64,000 nt of DNA, from assembly GCA_001001345.1 (NCBI GenBank), contig LCKI01000001.1, forward strand, positions 339 through 64,338, given 5' to 3'. Source of the DNA: Parcubacteria group bacterium GW2011_GWC1_45_14 (GTDB lineage: Bacteria; Patescibacteriota; Minisyncoccia; Moranbacterales; GWC2-37-73). The translations under genes and the position numbers were made by a program. Below are positions 19,562-30,305 of the stretch, one piece after another (positions within the stretch are counted from its first letter, which is position 1; each line of letters opens with the position of its first letter). The notes under the pieces were generated by a model that was given only the letters and a program-made list of their open reading frames with translations, made no database searches and had not been told where the DNA came from.

Positions 19562-20677
19562 ATGGAAAATTTGAAAAAAATAAAAGTCGCCATTGTCCAT
19601 GATTTCCTGGTGCAAAGGGGCGGGGCGGAAAGGGTTCTGGAATCGATATCTGAAATGTTTCCCGATGCCCCGATTTATACGCTTCTTTATGACAAGGAAA
19701 AGATGAGGGGAATGCTGGAGGAGAGGGATATCAGGCCTTCATATCTTCAAAAGCTTCCGAAGTTTCTCAGAAAAAGGTATCAATGGTTACTGCCTTTTTT
19801 AGTGGTGATTCCGGAAACGCTCGATCTTCGCGATTTTGATTTAATCATCTCCTCTTCCGGGGCGTGGTCCAAAGGTATTGTGACGAAACTGGACACTGTC
19901 CATGTGGCCTATATCCATTCCCCGATGCGTTTCGTTTGGGATTATAACGAGAGGTATCTGAAAGAAAAGAAAGTCCGTAATTCTATGTTGAAGCGTTTGA
20001 TGTTTAGTTATCTGCGCATCTGGGATCGTTTGGCAGCCGAACGTCCTGATTTTTTGATCGCCAATTCGAAATTCACCCAGAGCCAGATCGCGAAATATTA
20101 CAGAAGGGAAAGCGCCGTCATATATCCGCCCGTGGAGATATCCGCGTCTGCCAGTAAGAAATCATCGGAAAAAATAAAGGATTACTTCCTTGTCGTCTCG
20201 AGGCTTTCGGGATACAAGAAAACAGACGTCATAGTAGAAGCTTTTAATAAACTGGGGCTGCCCTTGGTTGTCATCGGTGAAGGTGAGCAGGAAAAGCATT
20301 TGAGAAATATCGCGGGGGAAAACGTGAAGATACTTTCCTGGAAGGCTGACGAGGAGTTGGCGGAATATTATAGAGGAGCGCGGGCGTTCGTTTTTGCTTC
20401 CCAAGAGGACTTCGGAATGGCCCCGGTTGAGGCGATGTGCTTCGGTGTTCCGGTTGTCGCCTATCGGAGCGGTGGGGCGCTGGAGACCGTGGTGGAAGGC
20501 GTAAGCGGGGAATTTTTCGATGCCCAGACCCCTGAGGTACTCGCTGACGGAGTCAGACGTTTTTTGGAAAAAGAAAATTCCCACGACAGGGATGAGATAA
20601 AAAGATCTGCCGAGAAGTTTTCAAAAGAAAGATTCAAAGAGGAATTTGGAACATATATTGGACGTATTTTAAATTGA
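19562..20677 (+). CDS. Glycosyltransferase family 1 (GT4-type)
   Basis: EDFGMAPVEAMCFGVPVVA motif. Confidence 0.8.
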   Translation: MENLKKIKVAIVHDFLVQRGGAERVLESISEMFPDAPIYTLLYDKEKMRGMLEERDIRPSYLQKLPKFLRKRYQWLLPFLVVIPETLDLRDFDLIISSSGAWSKGIVTKLDTVHVAYIHSPMRFVWDYNERYLKEKKVRNSMLKRLMFSYLRIWDRLAAERPDFLIANSKFTQSQIAKYYRRESAVIYPPVEISASASKKSSEKIKDYFLVVSRLSGYKKTDVIVEAFNKLGLPLVVIGEGEQEKHLRNIAGENVKILSWKADEELAEYYRGARAFVFASQEDFGMAPVEAMCFGVPVVAYRSGGALETVVEGVSGEFFDAQTPEVLADGVRRFLEKENSHDRDEIKRSAEKFSKERFKEEFGTYIGRILN

Positions 20678-20700
20678 TTTAATCGGATGTCCATCAAGCG

Positions 20701-21600
20701 ATGAATTTTGTAGGAAATAAAAAAGCGGTAAGCTTCATAGAAAAGACACTCGAAAGGGGGGCGACCAGCCAGGCCTATCTTTTTTCCGGACCGGAAAGCG
20801 TGGGAAAATTTTTTTTGGCCCAAGCTTTCGCTAAAAGCTTGATAAACGAAGGAAGTTTGCGTTTTGAAGATAGCGGAGCCGGCGGGCTTGTCGTGGACTT
20901 GGTTGTCATCAAACCGGAGATAGAGGAGCGGAAGGGTGTTATCAAGGAGAGAGATATCACGATCGAAAGGGTCAGGGAGGCGCGCAAGGATCTCGCCCTT
21001 TTTCCTCATAGCGGGAAAAGGAAGGTTCTGATCGTGGACAACGCCCATAAGATGAACATCACTTCGCAAAACGCTTTCCTTAAGATTTTGGAAGAGCCGA
21101 ATTCCACCTCGGTCATAATATTGGTAACGCATGAGGATTCCAAGATTCTTCCAACCATCAAATCCCGCTGTCAGAAGGTGAATTTCGGATTGGTCGGGAG
21201 GGAAATGGAAATGGAGATGGGAAGCTTGGTCGGCGAGGATTTTGCTGGAAAATATGGGGCGCTTGCCATGGGAAGACCCGGGTTGCTTTTCGAGATGGCG
21301 CGGGAAAAGGAAAGACTGGAATATCATGTCGGATCCTATGAGCAATTCAGGAAGGTTTTCTCCATGGATCTCAACCAGAGACTTTCATTCGCGGAAAAGA
21401 TGTCCAAAGACGTGAATGCGGCGATCGGCACCCTCAACGTTTGGAATTGGATTTTAAGGAAAGAAGGTCTCGAGGACGGCGGTCGGGAATTGGGGGAGAC
21501 ATATCTGAAAATCTCCGCTATCGAAGACTCCATGGCGACATTGAAAAGCACCAACGCTAATCCAAGATTGGTTCTCGAGAACCTATTGATAAGTATTTAG
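20701..21600 (+). CDS. holB: DNA polymerase III delta-prime subunit-like AAA+ protein
   Basis: QAYLFSGPESVGK Walker A-like, VLIVDNAHKM, SRCQ sensor. Confidence 0.7.
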   Translation: MNFVGNKKAVSFIEKTLERGATSQAYLFSGPESVGKFFLAQAFAKSLINEGSLRFEDSGAGGLVVDLVVIKPEIEERKGVIKERDITIERVREARKDLALFPHSGKRKVLIVDNAHKMNITSQNAFLKILEEPNSTSVIILVTHEDSKILPTIKSRCQKVNFGLVGREMEMEMGSLVGEDFAGKYGALAMGRPGLLFEMAREKERLEYHVGSYEQFRKVFSMDLNQRLSFAEKMSKDVNAAIGTLNVWNWILRKEGLEDGGRELGETYLKISAIEDSMATLKSTNANPRLVLENLLISI

Positions 21601-21610
21601 AAACCTGACG

Positions 21611-22561
21611 ATGTTCCGATCTTCCAGAAAAAACAAAAATAAAAAAGAGCTCGAATATAAGAAGATGCGTTCCGTTTCCAAGAAGGAAGAGGGATTCAGG
21701 CTGCTGCGCTCGGCGTATAGGATACTTTTTTATTTCCTATTGGCGATGTTCGTGGCCGTCTCTTTCTATGTCGTTATCTTTTCGCCGTTCCTTGCGGTCG
21801 AGAAGGTGAAAATCGAAGGAACGAGGAAGCTTGGCTCAGTCGAAGTTTTGGCGGCTGCAAGCGCGGTTTATGACGGCAGATATCTGGGAATTTTCCCCAA
21901 GGATAATTTCCTGCTTTTTCCAAAAAGAGCCGTGATTAAAAAGTTGGAGGATGATTTCAAAAGGATACGGACAGTGGAGGTGAAGAAGACATTTCCAAGC
22001 GGCGCGCTTATTCGTGTTGAGGAAAGGGAATCCCTTCTTCTTTGGTGCGACACATCCGGGGAGTGTTTTATTATCGACGAGAACGGTTTTGCCTATCACA
22101 AAGTCGGATTGGATTCCAGAGAGGTCTTGGAGAATAACTTGATGAGAGTGCTTGGCCAGGACGACAGGAAGGTTTCCGAAGGGGAGAAAGTTTTGGACGC
22201 GGAAAAGGTTTCTTTTCTTATGGATGCCAAAGATGTCATGGAGAAATCCGCCGATATGAGGATAGTCGGTGAAGCTCGGGCTAAGTCCAGGATCGCGGAA
22301 GAGGTTACGCTCAGGAGCCTGGAAGGTTGGGATATTTTGGTCAGCACTTCTTTCCCCCTAGAAAGGGCGGGAAACTTTCTCAAGCTTTTTTTGGATAAGG
22401 AAATCAGCAGTGAAGACAGGGGCAAATTGGAATATGTGGACCTTCGGGTGGAGAACAGGATTTACTATAAATTAAAAAAAGAGGAAGAACAAAAGGAGAG
22501 TGAGAATAAAGAGGGAGAGAATGGCGGAGAAAGGCAGGACGCTGAAAATAAAAATGAATGA
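21611..22561 (+). CDS. FtsQ/DivIB-like cell division protein (single TM + POTRA)
   Basis: N-terminal TM helix then VEKVKIEGTRKLGSVEV POTRA-like start. Confidence 0.5.
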   Translation: MFRSSRKNKNKKELEYKKMRSVSKKEEGFRLLRSAYRILFYFLLAMFVAVSFYVVIFSPFLAVEKVKIEGTRKLGSVEVLAAASAVYDGRYLGIFPKDNFLLFPKRAVIKKLEDDFKRIRTVEVKKTFPSGALIRVEERESLLLWCDTSGECFIIDENGFAYHKVGLDSREVLENNLMRVLGQDDRKVSEGEKVLDAEKVSFLMDAKDVMEKSADMRIVGEARAKSRIAEEVTLRSLEGWDILVSTSFPLERAGNFLKLFLDKEISSEDRGKLEYVDLRVENRIYYKLKKEEEQKESENKEGENGGERQDAENKNE

Positions 22562-22621
22562 TCATAGGGCAGGCAACAAAAAAACAGCCACATGGGTGGG
22601 CTGTTTTTTTGTTACAAGTTT

Positions 22622-24448
22622 TTATTTGATATCCGTGACGTGGTAGATAAGAATGGAGGTTCCTACCTGGGCGACGGGGCTGTATTTTTTTAGCCAGCTG
22701 TAATTTTCTTCGACGCTTTTCCTTTCGTCGTGGAGACTTTCTTGGATAAAAAGTACTGAAATGGCGTACCAGCCATTTTCGACAGGCCTTCTGGCGTCCC
22801 ACCAGGAAATCACCTTGTCTTCTCCCAGGTAGTGATTGACGTCGCCTCCGCCGAAATAGTTCACCCTGATTTTGTCTATCCGGGGATTTTCTTCAAGGTA
22901 TGTCTTCAGTCGCTTAATGTCTTGCCCCCAGTCCGCGTTGGAATCGGTGACGTATTGGTAGCCACTGCTTGGTCCGCCGGCGACTTGATTGAAATAGGAA
23001 ATATAATACGGGTAGGATGCCACAGCTTCGATAATCAGCCAGAAGACCATTGTCACGATCATCACGTTGATGAAATTTTTCTTGTGATGGTCTTTTCTCC
23101 TGTAGGAGAAAATCTTTTTGGAGAGCAGAATATAGGCGAACGGGAATATAGGGAATAGATGACGGAAGCCGATATTGAGATTTCCAGTGATGCTGACGAA
23201 GGAATAAATGATTATGAATGAGAGCAGGGCAGTTTCCGTTATCCTGCTATGCAGAAACTCTCTCAGTAAGGTGATATTTTCCCTGGCTGATCTTTTGAAT
23301 GAGTGGGTTAGCGAGAAGAAAGATTCCTTAGCAACGACGGCTAAAGTAAAGAAAAGCAAAACGAGTATCGGCAGGGGCTCTTTCATGAGAAATACCAACG
23401 GGAAGTAGGATGCTTTGGCATCATTGGAAACTTCTCCCATGAAATAAGTTACGTTTCCGCCGGCGACCCGCTGGAAGACGCGGGCTACTCCGAAGAGATA
23501 TTCCCCCAGGGGCTGCAGGATCTCATGCTCATTGATTGCGAAGAGGGCTTTTCTGGTATAGATAGTTTTGATATTGGAATCATTGGCTTTGAAATAGTGA
23601 TTTATGCCGTCGTTCATGACTTCCACTGGCATGCCGGACGTGTTGAAAGCGTAAAGGGCCCAGACCGCGGCGATGGAGACGGCGAAAACCAAAAATCCCT
23701 TAAATACGTATTCGAAGAATTCGCCGATTTTTTTCCTTTCAGGCTTGGTTTTTTTGATAAGGGGATAGCCGACAACTAGCAGGAAAAAAACGGGGAAGGC
23801 GATCACTGAGGAGAATTTTGCCAATTGCAAAAGTCCCAAGAAGAGTCCGGCCAGAAAAACGTTTTTCCAGGAAGGTTGCTTGATGAACTTGAGGAAATAG
23901 TAAAAGGAGAAAGTGATGAAAGCCGCGATTCCCAAATCCGTCGTCACGAGATGGTTGTGTCCCAGGACATTGGGATTGAAGGCGTAAAGAGCCAAGGCTA
24001 AGAGGGCGGCCGGAATAGAGGCGATTTCCTTCGTCCATCGGAAGATGAAAAGTCCGAGAGCCAGGGCAAGCAGGATAAACGGCACACGGGACCAGAAGAT
24101 TACCCGGTCTGGATCGTTGCCTGAACCGTAGAGGAATTTCCTGCCGGCATTCCATTGGTTGTCCGCCACGTTATCGGTCGTCCAGGAGCTGTGGGTCGTG
24201 TCGAAATTGAGATCCAGGAACTGCAAGGGTAGACCTGCTAAATCTTTGAGTAGCGGAGGATGCTCCGGATTGAGGCGCATGTCATGCTCCGAAAGATATG
24301 AATATGACGCCGGGATATGCGCGACTTCGTCATATGTCGCTCCGTCGTTTTTCGCATTGAGCAGGGAAACTGCCAGGACGAAGGACATCATTGTCAAAAC
24401 TAATTTTTTAGAGTGTCTCTTGAGGAAGTAGTCGATTTTTTGCAGCAT
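22622..24448 (-). CDS. GT-C family membrane glycosyltransferase (PMT/ArnT-like, GT39/GT83)
   Basis: multi-TM, YDEVAH acidic loop near N-terminus. Confidence 0.7.
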   Translation of the reverse strand: MLQKIDYFLKRHSKKLVLTMMSFVLAVSLLNAKNDGATYDEVAHIPASYSYLSEHDMRLNPEHPPLLKDLAGLPLQFLDLNFDTTHSSWTTDNVADNQWNAGRKFLYGSGNDPDRVIFWSRVPFILLALALGLFIFRWTKEIASIPAALLALALYAFNPNVLGHNHLVTTDLGIAAFITFSFYYFLKFIKQPSWKNVFLAGLFLGLLQLAKFSSVIAFPVFFLLVVGYPLIKKTKPERKKIGEFFEYVFKGFLVFAVSIAAVWALYAFNTSGMPVEVMNDGINHYFKANDSNIKTIYTRKALFAINEHEILQPLGEYLFGVARVFQRVAGGNVTYFMGEVSNDAKASYFPLVFLMKEPLPILVLLFFTLAVVAKESFFSLTHSFKRSARENITLLREFLHSRITETALLSFIIIYSFVSITGNLNIGFRHLFPIFPFAYILLSKKIFSYRRKDHHKKNFINVMIVTMVFWLIIEAVASYPYYISYFNQVAGGPSSGYQYVTDSNADWGQDIKRLKTYLEENPRIDKIRVNYFGGGDVNHYLGEDKVISWWDARRPVENGWYAISVLFIQESLHDERKSVEENYSWLKKYSPVAQVGTSILIYHVTDIK

Positions 24449-24604
24449 GGATTTTGTCTTTTAAATTTATTATCAAACGAAGTGAGTGAAATGGAAATTA
24501 ATTTCCATTTCCGAACGAGTGCAGATACCAAAAGGTTCAATACCTCGCAGCTCTGCTGCGTGATCCCAAAGAGTCCAGGGCTCTGCCCTGGGGTATGATA
24601 CCTT

Positions 24605-26170
24605 TTATTTTTTGATTTCCCAAAATTTGTCACCCGGAAATTCCTCATGTTCAATAACCTTGTATTGGGGTGAAATTGAGCGGACTTTCGTTATGATATC
24701 ATCTTCTTTGTCATACATGACAACGACGAAATCGCCTTTTGGATCAAGCGAAAGGAAATCTTCCTTGTAGAGATAGGAGATATTAGGCATTTGGGGATTG
24801 AGGTATTTTATCGGAATCCTTTCCATATTGCCGGAAATTACGTATTTTTGAGTTTCGACTGGGATGGTCTGGAGATGATAGGCGATGTCCTTGAGATTCG
24901 CATTGAAGGATGAATGCTGCTTCGGGTTATTTTGGAAAAAAACGAAATATTTGAGGGTGTTGAAGAGTCCGATGAAAATTAGCGCGCCGACTAAAATAGA
25001 AAAGATTGTTATTTTCATCGAAGAATAGGTGTGCTTGGAAAGTTTTCCCAAAAGCCAAAGGAAAGGGATGGTTGCCAAGATCATCACGACCGGCAAGGTG
25101 CCGATAGCGCGCAGGGCATGAGGGAGTCCTTCAGCAGTCAGGAATTCGGGAGCGAGCATGGCGAAAAACCAAGCAAGAAGGAAAAAGTATAGGTAGAGTT
25201 TTTCATCATGTACGTCATGTTTGAATCTGAGCCAGAGCAGGTGCAGAGCCTTGGAGATGACATAGATTATTCCGGTAAGGAAAGCGATTCCCATGACGGG
25301 GTCCAAGATCGGATAGGGAGGGTAGTTGTGACGCCAATTTTGGTCTCCCCAGAAGTTATATTTGACCAGGCTCAGGCCGAAACTTCGCAGTCCCGTCTGG
25401 ATGAGGCTCCCTTCGTTCATTTCCGGGGAGAAGATGGAAACGGAAGCGGAGCGCGACTCGAGATATTCCGGGTGGTTATAAAACTCATACACCATCGGCG
25501 AGAGCGAGATGAAGACGGCGACGGAAAAAATCAGGATTTGTTTCCAGAAACTTCGCAGGAAATGTTTCTGGGTAATGAGCATGAAGACGAAAAGGGCGGC
25601 GATGATCGCCGGAGCGATGCGGAAGGCGATGTAGGTGTGAAAGCCTAGGCCGAAAATGAGTCCGGAGATTATGAAGTCGGAATATTTCTTGGTGCGGAAT
25701 CCTTTGAGCAGGAAATAGGAAGAGAAGGTCATTATTAGGGGGACCATGATGGCGCGGAAACCGATGCGGGAGAAGTTTATCGCCCAATAGGAAAAGGTCG
25801 TCAGATAGGCGCTGATAAGCCCTGCCCGCTGGCTGCGGAAGATTTCTTTGGAAAGCAGATATACGCCGAGAACCGTGAGTGTGCCGAAGATTATCGACGC
25901 GAGTTTGAGCGCCATGACGGTGCTGCCGAAGAATTTGATGCTCAGCGCTTGGATGTTTATGAAAAGGCCTTCGCGCCCGTTGTTATCGATGTAGAAAAGT
26001 TGGTAATTTCCGGAGCTGTTGGCGTCCTGCGCGTTGATGCCATTGACCGCTTCATCCGGATATATTCCGGAAGGCAGATCTTCGATGCCGGTGAAACGGA
26101 GGAAGAACGCGCAGACGACGATGGCGAAGAGCAGGACGTAGTTAAGAATTTTTTTTTGTTTCGGTTTCAT
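24605..26170 (-). CDS. GT-C family membrane glycosyltransferase (ArnT/PMT-like)
   Basis: multi-TM, PDEAVNG loop motif. Confidence 0.7.
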   Translation of the reverse strand: MKPKQKKILNYVLLFAIVVCAFFLRFTGIEDLPSGIYPDEAVNGINAQDANSSGNYQLFYIDNNGREGLFINIQALSIKFFGSTVMALKLASIIFGTLTVLGVYLLSKEIFRSQRAGLISAYLTTFSYWAINFSRIGFRAIMVPLIMTFSSYFLLKGFRTKKYSDFIISGLIFGLGFHTYIAFRIAPAIIAALFVFMLITQKHFLRSFWKQILIFSVAVFISLSPMVYEFYNHPEYLESRSASVSIFSPEMNEGSLIQTGLRSFGLSLVKYNFWGDQNWRHNYPPYPILDPVMGIAFLTGIIYVISKALHLLWLRFKHDVHDEKLYLYFFLLAWFFAMLAPEFLTAEGLPHALRAIGTLPVVMILATIPFLWLLGKLSKHTYSSMKITIFSILVGALIFIGLFNTLKYFVFFQNNPKQHSSFNANLKDIAYHLQTIPVETQKYVISGNMERIPIKYLNPQMPNISYLYKEDFLSLDPKGDFVVVMYDKEDDIITKVRSISPQYKVIEHEEFPGDKFWEIKK

Positions 26171-26304
26171 TTTGTTTTATGTTATGTAAACATGCTTTTT
26201 ATTTGGTTTCATTGTAGCATTTTTTTCGTTTTCCCAACAGAAGCTTCGGTGTGAAAAAATCACGTAGGAATTCGGATTATTTTGTGGTATAATTTTGAAG
26301 AAGA

Positions 26305-29300
26305 ATGCGTCTGAAATTTTTTCGATTAGAAATAAAAATGGCCCAGGAAAACAAAGACATAACAATAATGAACGTGGAAACCGAAAAGATGAGGGCGCTT
26401 AACGCTTTTATTGAAGACGTGTTGAATCGGAAAATAAGATTGTTGAAGAGCGGCCAAGTTGACGGTGCGACCGTCACGTTCGAGGATTTCAAAATCAAAG
26501 GCTCCGATATCCCTCAGAACAAGCTACCGAACAACAGCGAGGACACGATTGAGCTGGAAAAACGTATCCAGAAATCTAATAGGATATTGCGCAAGGCTTA
26601 TGAGAGCATTTTGGAAGCCGGAATAAGCCAAGCAATGGAAAGGGAAATAGAGGAAATTTTCGAGTCCATTTTTATGGATGGGGCGCTTTTTGGAAAGTTG
26701 TACAAAGCTGACCAGGAGCTTATTAGAAAGGCGAATGAAGAGGGGATAACGGGAGATTTGGAAGATCTTTTCATAAAATCCGTCGCCAAGGAAGGGATCG
26801 GGAAAATGGGAAGGGAGGAATTGAAAAAACTCATCAAGGATTTTTGCACGGACAGGGGAAATCTTGAAAAGATAGTTACCAAAGATGAAGATAAAGACAA
26901 GATGATCGATGCGATAGTAAATCTTACTGGTCTTTTTGGTAGTTCCAGGGGAGAAACCGGGGAGAATAAACAGGAGCCGACAAAAAACGAAATATTGGAG
27001 AAATATCTCAGCTACCAGGATACTGATTTGCTGGATGAAAGAAAAAAATCCATGCTTGAGTCGACGATGAAAGGGGTGAGCGCGCAAAAATATGCCGAGG
27101 CATTATTGGAGATTTCTCGGAATGGGGATATGGCGGAGGTAGAAAGATTGGTAAAAGGCATGAAAGCAGAGTGTCTGAATGCGTTAATTGCTTTAAAAAT
27201 TGAAAAAACAAAGTACGCCGACAGTGATAGTTGGGCGATGTGGGATATAGCCAAACAGTATCACTTTTACACCCACCCGAGCGAAAATGACCCAAGATAC
27301 TTATTGGCGAATCCATTGGAGTCCGAGGAAAAAATTGAGGAAATCATAGACAGGCACATAGGATGGGAGCTGTATGCTTATTTCAGTAAAAATGGGGTTG
27401 ATGTGGTGAATATCGTAGGCGATGGCGAAAAAAAGAAAAAGATCCTGGATATTCTGACAGGAGAAAAGAATGCTTCAGGGGGGATAAGTTCGTTTAATTT
27501 AGCCGTGCTTGGAAAGTTATTAAAATCTGAAATTCCAGGATTTAAGCATGAAAAGATGCTGAGTGTTGACGGTGGAAATCCGGATGGAAAAAAAGACAAG
27601 GATGCTTCCGACGGCAAGGAGGAGAAAAAAACAAAGGAGGAGGTTCCATTGGATAAAAATTCCCTGTTGGAAAAAGGCAAGACCGCATCTGCGGAACTGG
27701 ACAAGCTCTGGAAGAAGCTCCCTGATTATCCCAGGATGGAGCCGGAGTTCGAATCCGTTTTCCGAATACTTGATATGGAAGGTGAAAATTACTTCGATTA
27801 TCTTTGCAAAAAAGACGAACAATCCTCCGATTGGAAAACTCTGGATGAAGAGGGAAAGAATAAAAAGATCAATAACAGGGTCGAGCACGTCGAAACCATA
27901 AGGGGTATGGTCAAGAAAAAGTTGCTGGAGCTCGGCATAGAATTGGAGGACCCTAAGAAAAAAGAGAAGGGGGCTGATAAAAATGAGGGATCGGCCGAGG
28001 AGCGGAAAGATGATGGCAAGAAAGCTGAAGATATGAGCGAAGAGGTTACTGAGAGGGTGAAGATCTTAAAGAAGGAAGTGGAAATCGCCAGAAAGGAGTA
28101 TTTGGAAACGGACTATAGGAAAAAGAACTCCCTGAGAAGAATCTATGCGTTTTTGGGAGCTAGTTTCAAGAACAAAGAAGAAAAGACCCTGGAAAAAGAT
28201 CTGGATATCGCATGGCATAGGGCCCATTATGATAACAAGCTTTTCGATCTGCAAAAGGTGATGCTTGACGATGCGAAAGAGAGAGGCGTGTCCGACAAGG
28301 AACTTGCTGAGATAGGCATATATTTCAGAATGGAGCAGAAGATAAACATGGCTGAGGTCCATGATCAGGTGAAATCCGAGCAACAAGACAAGAAGTTGTC
28401 GGGATTCATTGAGAAGAAAGCGCTTGAATTAACCGATTTTTACAAGACTATGCCGCTGGGCAAGAAGCTCTTGATTGCCGGAGTGTTTTTGGGTGGCAGT
28501 GTCGTGACCGCTGGAGTCGGTGGAGCTGCTGCTGGGGCTTTTATTACAACAGCTACCGGAAGAAAAATGCTGATGGGCATGTTCGCCGGAGTGGGAGTCA
28601 CTCTCGGACTTGAAGCGAGGGGAAAAAAGAGCGAGAAAGCCGCAATCGAGAAAGAGAAGGCGGGGTTTTTGGAATCCATTAAAAACATGAATGAGGAAGA
28701 AAAATATAACTTCATTGCGGGCAATATAAAGAACATATCGATCAAAGACGGGGAATTAGCTATCAATAAGATCAAAAATCAAGATATCCGCCAGAAGATT
28801 GCCGGTGTGTCCGCGGGATTTGCAGCCACCGTCCTTCCCGGCATTGTCAGTTCTTATGCCGGGGAAGCGTATGCCGGGATACTTGAAAAAATCTCCCCAG
28901 AAAGCGTTCCGGCTCCGCCAGTTATGTCCGAGGTGGTCCTTGAGGTCAAAAAAGGCAGCAGTTTCGAGGGAACCATCATAAAGCATCTTTCGGATCCCAA
29001 TTCTGAGATATACAAACATCATCCCGAGCTTAAAAATGTCGATCCCGGAGTCATCGCCCATAGATTAGCTTTGGATTTCGCGCACGATCATGGGACCGGG
29101 CTTCCGGATTTGGTAAATCCTGATGACAGGATAAGCATAAAATTCGATCCGGCCGCTTTGAAGATAAATGGAACGCTTGAGGATTCCGTCAGGATAGATA
29201 TTGAGAGCCATTTGGAGCCCGGAAAGACCTCTGAGATTACTAAGGCGGTTCCTGCTGAAATTCCGAAAGTCGTTCCGGCTACGGAGGTGCCGGCTTCCCC

Positions 29301-29907
29301 GGAGACCCCTATTTCGGAAGAAAAAAATATTATTAGTAAGAATAATTCTCGCTTGGAGAGCGTTATGCAGGAGCCGCAAGGAGCGAATACTGAAACTCCC
29401 GCCGCGGAAAATCCGGTAGAGCAACAACCTGATGAAAATTTAGGGACTTCTTCAGGGGAGCGGCAGGTTTCCACGGAAAGGGAAGCGACGCAGGAAAACA
29501 ATGCCCCGGCTTTGGCAGTGGAAAAAAACTTCACAGAGAACAATTCCTTTGGAACGAAGAATGGAAAAATAGGCTTCAGCTATGACAAAGACGGAAAGAT
29601 AACCGCGATCCTGCAGGAGGTTTTAATTTCCGGACTGGAGGGCAATGAAAACCTGACTCCTGATTTCAGGAAAATTGTAATGGAAACCGGTAAATTGAAA
29701 AATACGTCCATGGCTATGAATATAGCAAATATGGGAAGCAGGGAGGTTTCCAATTATATGGAGGCATTCGAAGAACTCAAAAAAGGCGGGCACGACAAAG
29801 AGGCCAGGGCCGTGCTGGATAGGATTTATGGCATAGTTCTGGGAACGGAAAAGCATCTTGGCGTTAAGATTTTCGACAGATCAAAATTGCCTTTAATGGA
29901 AAAATAA
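26305..29907 (+). CDS. Giant (1200 aa) charged/coiled-coil hypothetical protein with central Gly/Ala-rich TM hairpin (aa ~715-760)
   Basis: long ORF, K/E-rich, no recognisable domain; hydrophobic segment LLIAGVFLGGSVVTAGVGGAAAGAFITTATGRKMLMGMFAGVGVTLGL. Confidence 0.6.
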   Translation: MRLKFFRLEIKMAQENKDITIMNVETEKMRALNAFIEDVLNRKIRLLKSGQVDGATVTFEDFKIKGSDIPQNKLPNNSEDTIELEKRIQKSNRILRKAYESILEAGISQAMEREIEEIFESIFMDGALFGKLYKADQELIRKANEEGITGDLEDLFIKSVAKEGIGKMGREELKKLIKDFCTDRGNLEKIVTKDEDKDKMIDAIVNLTGLFGSSRGETGENKQEPTKNEILEKYLSYQDTDLLDERKKSMLESTMKGVSAQKYAEALLEISRNGDMAEVERLVKGMKAECLNALIALKIEKTKYADSDSWAMWDIAKQYHFYTHPSENDPRYLLANPLESEEKIEEIIDRHIGWELYAYFSKNGVDVVNIVGDGEKKKKILDILTGEKNASGGISSFNLAVLGKLLKSEIPGFKHEKMLSVDGGNPDGKKDKDASDGKEEKKTKEEVPLDKNSLLEKGKTASAELDKLWKKLPDYPRMEPEFESVFRILDMEGENYFDYLCKKDEQSSDWKTLDEEGKNKKINNRVEHVETIRGMVKKKLLELGIELEDPKKKEKGADKNEGSAEERKDDGKKAEDMSEEVTERVKILKKEVEIARKEYLETDYRKKNSLRRIYAFLGASFKNKEEKTLEKDLDIAWHRAHYDNKLFDLQKVMLDDAKERGVSDKELAEIGIYFRMEQKINMAEVHDQVKSEQQDKKLSGFIEKKALELTDFYKTMPLGKKLLIAGVFLGGSVVTAGVGGAAAGAFITTATGRKMLMGMFAGVGVTLGLEARGKKSEKAAIEKEKAGFLESIKNMNEEEKYNFIAGNIKNISIKDGELAINKIKNQDIRQKIAGVSAGFAATVLPGIVSSYAGEAYAGILEKISPESVPAPPVMSEVVLEVKKGSSFEGTIIKHLSDPNSEIYKHHPELKNVDPGVIAHRLALDFAHDHGTGLPDLVNPDDRISIKFDPAALKINGTLEDSVRIDIESHLEPGKTSEITKAVPAEIPKVVPATEVPASPETPISEEKNIISKNNSRLESVMQEPQGANTETPAAENPVEQQPDENLGTSSGERQVSTEREATQENNAPALAVEKNFTENNSFGTKNGKIGFSYDKDGKITAILQEVLISGLEGNENLTPDFRKIVMETGKLKNTSMAMNIANMGSREVSNYMEAFEELKKGGHDKEARAVLDRIYGIVLGTEKHLGVKIFDRSKLPLMEK

Positions 29908-29929
29908 ACACTAAAGTATCATAAAAAAT

Positions 29930-30241
29930 ATGGACGAGTCAAAAAATACGGCGTCCGAATCCCTGGATCAGCTCGTGAGGGAATTGGGAATCGACACTTT
30001 GCCCGAAGACAAGCGCAATGATTTACTGATCAAGATGACCGAGGTGCTGCTGAAGCGCATTTTTCTCGAGACGATGGAAAAGCTCGGGGAGCAGGGAAGG
30101 GATGAATATGAGGAAATCATGCAAAAAAACCCCCAACCGGAGGAACTGGAGGCTTTTTTTGCCGAAAAGATAAAAGATTACGAAGACATGGTCCAGGGAA
30201 TTGTGGCTGATTTCAAAAAGGAAATGCTTACTATTAAATAG
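29930..30241 (+). CDS. Small acidic helical hypothetical protein (103 aa)
   Basis: ORF in operon context between giant protein and ATPase. Confidence 0.45.
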   Translation: MDESKNTASESLDQLVRELGIDTLPEDKRNDLLIKMTEVLLKRIFLETMEKLGEQGRDEYEEIMQKNPQPEELEAFFAEKIKDYEDMVQGIVADFKKEMLTIK

Positions 30242-30305
30242 ATGGCAAGGAAGCGACAATTTGTATATAATGGTCATATAACAAATAACGGATTTTAGAA
30301 ATATT

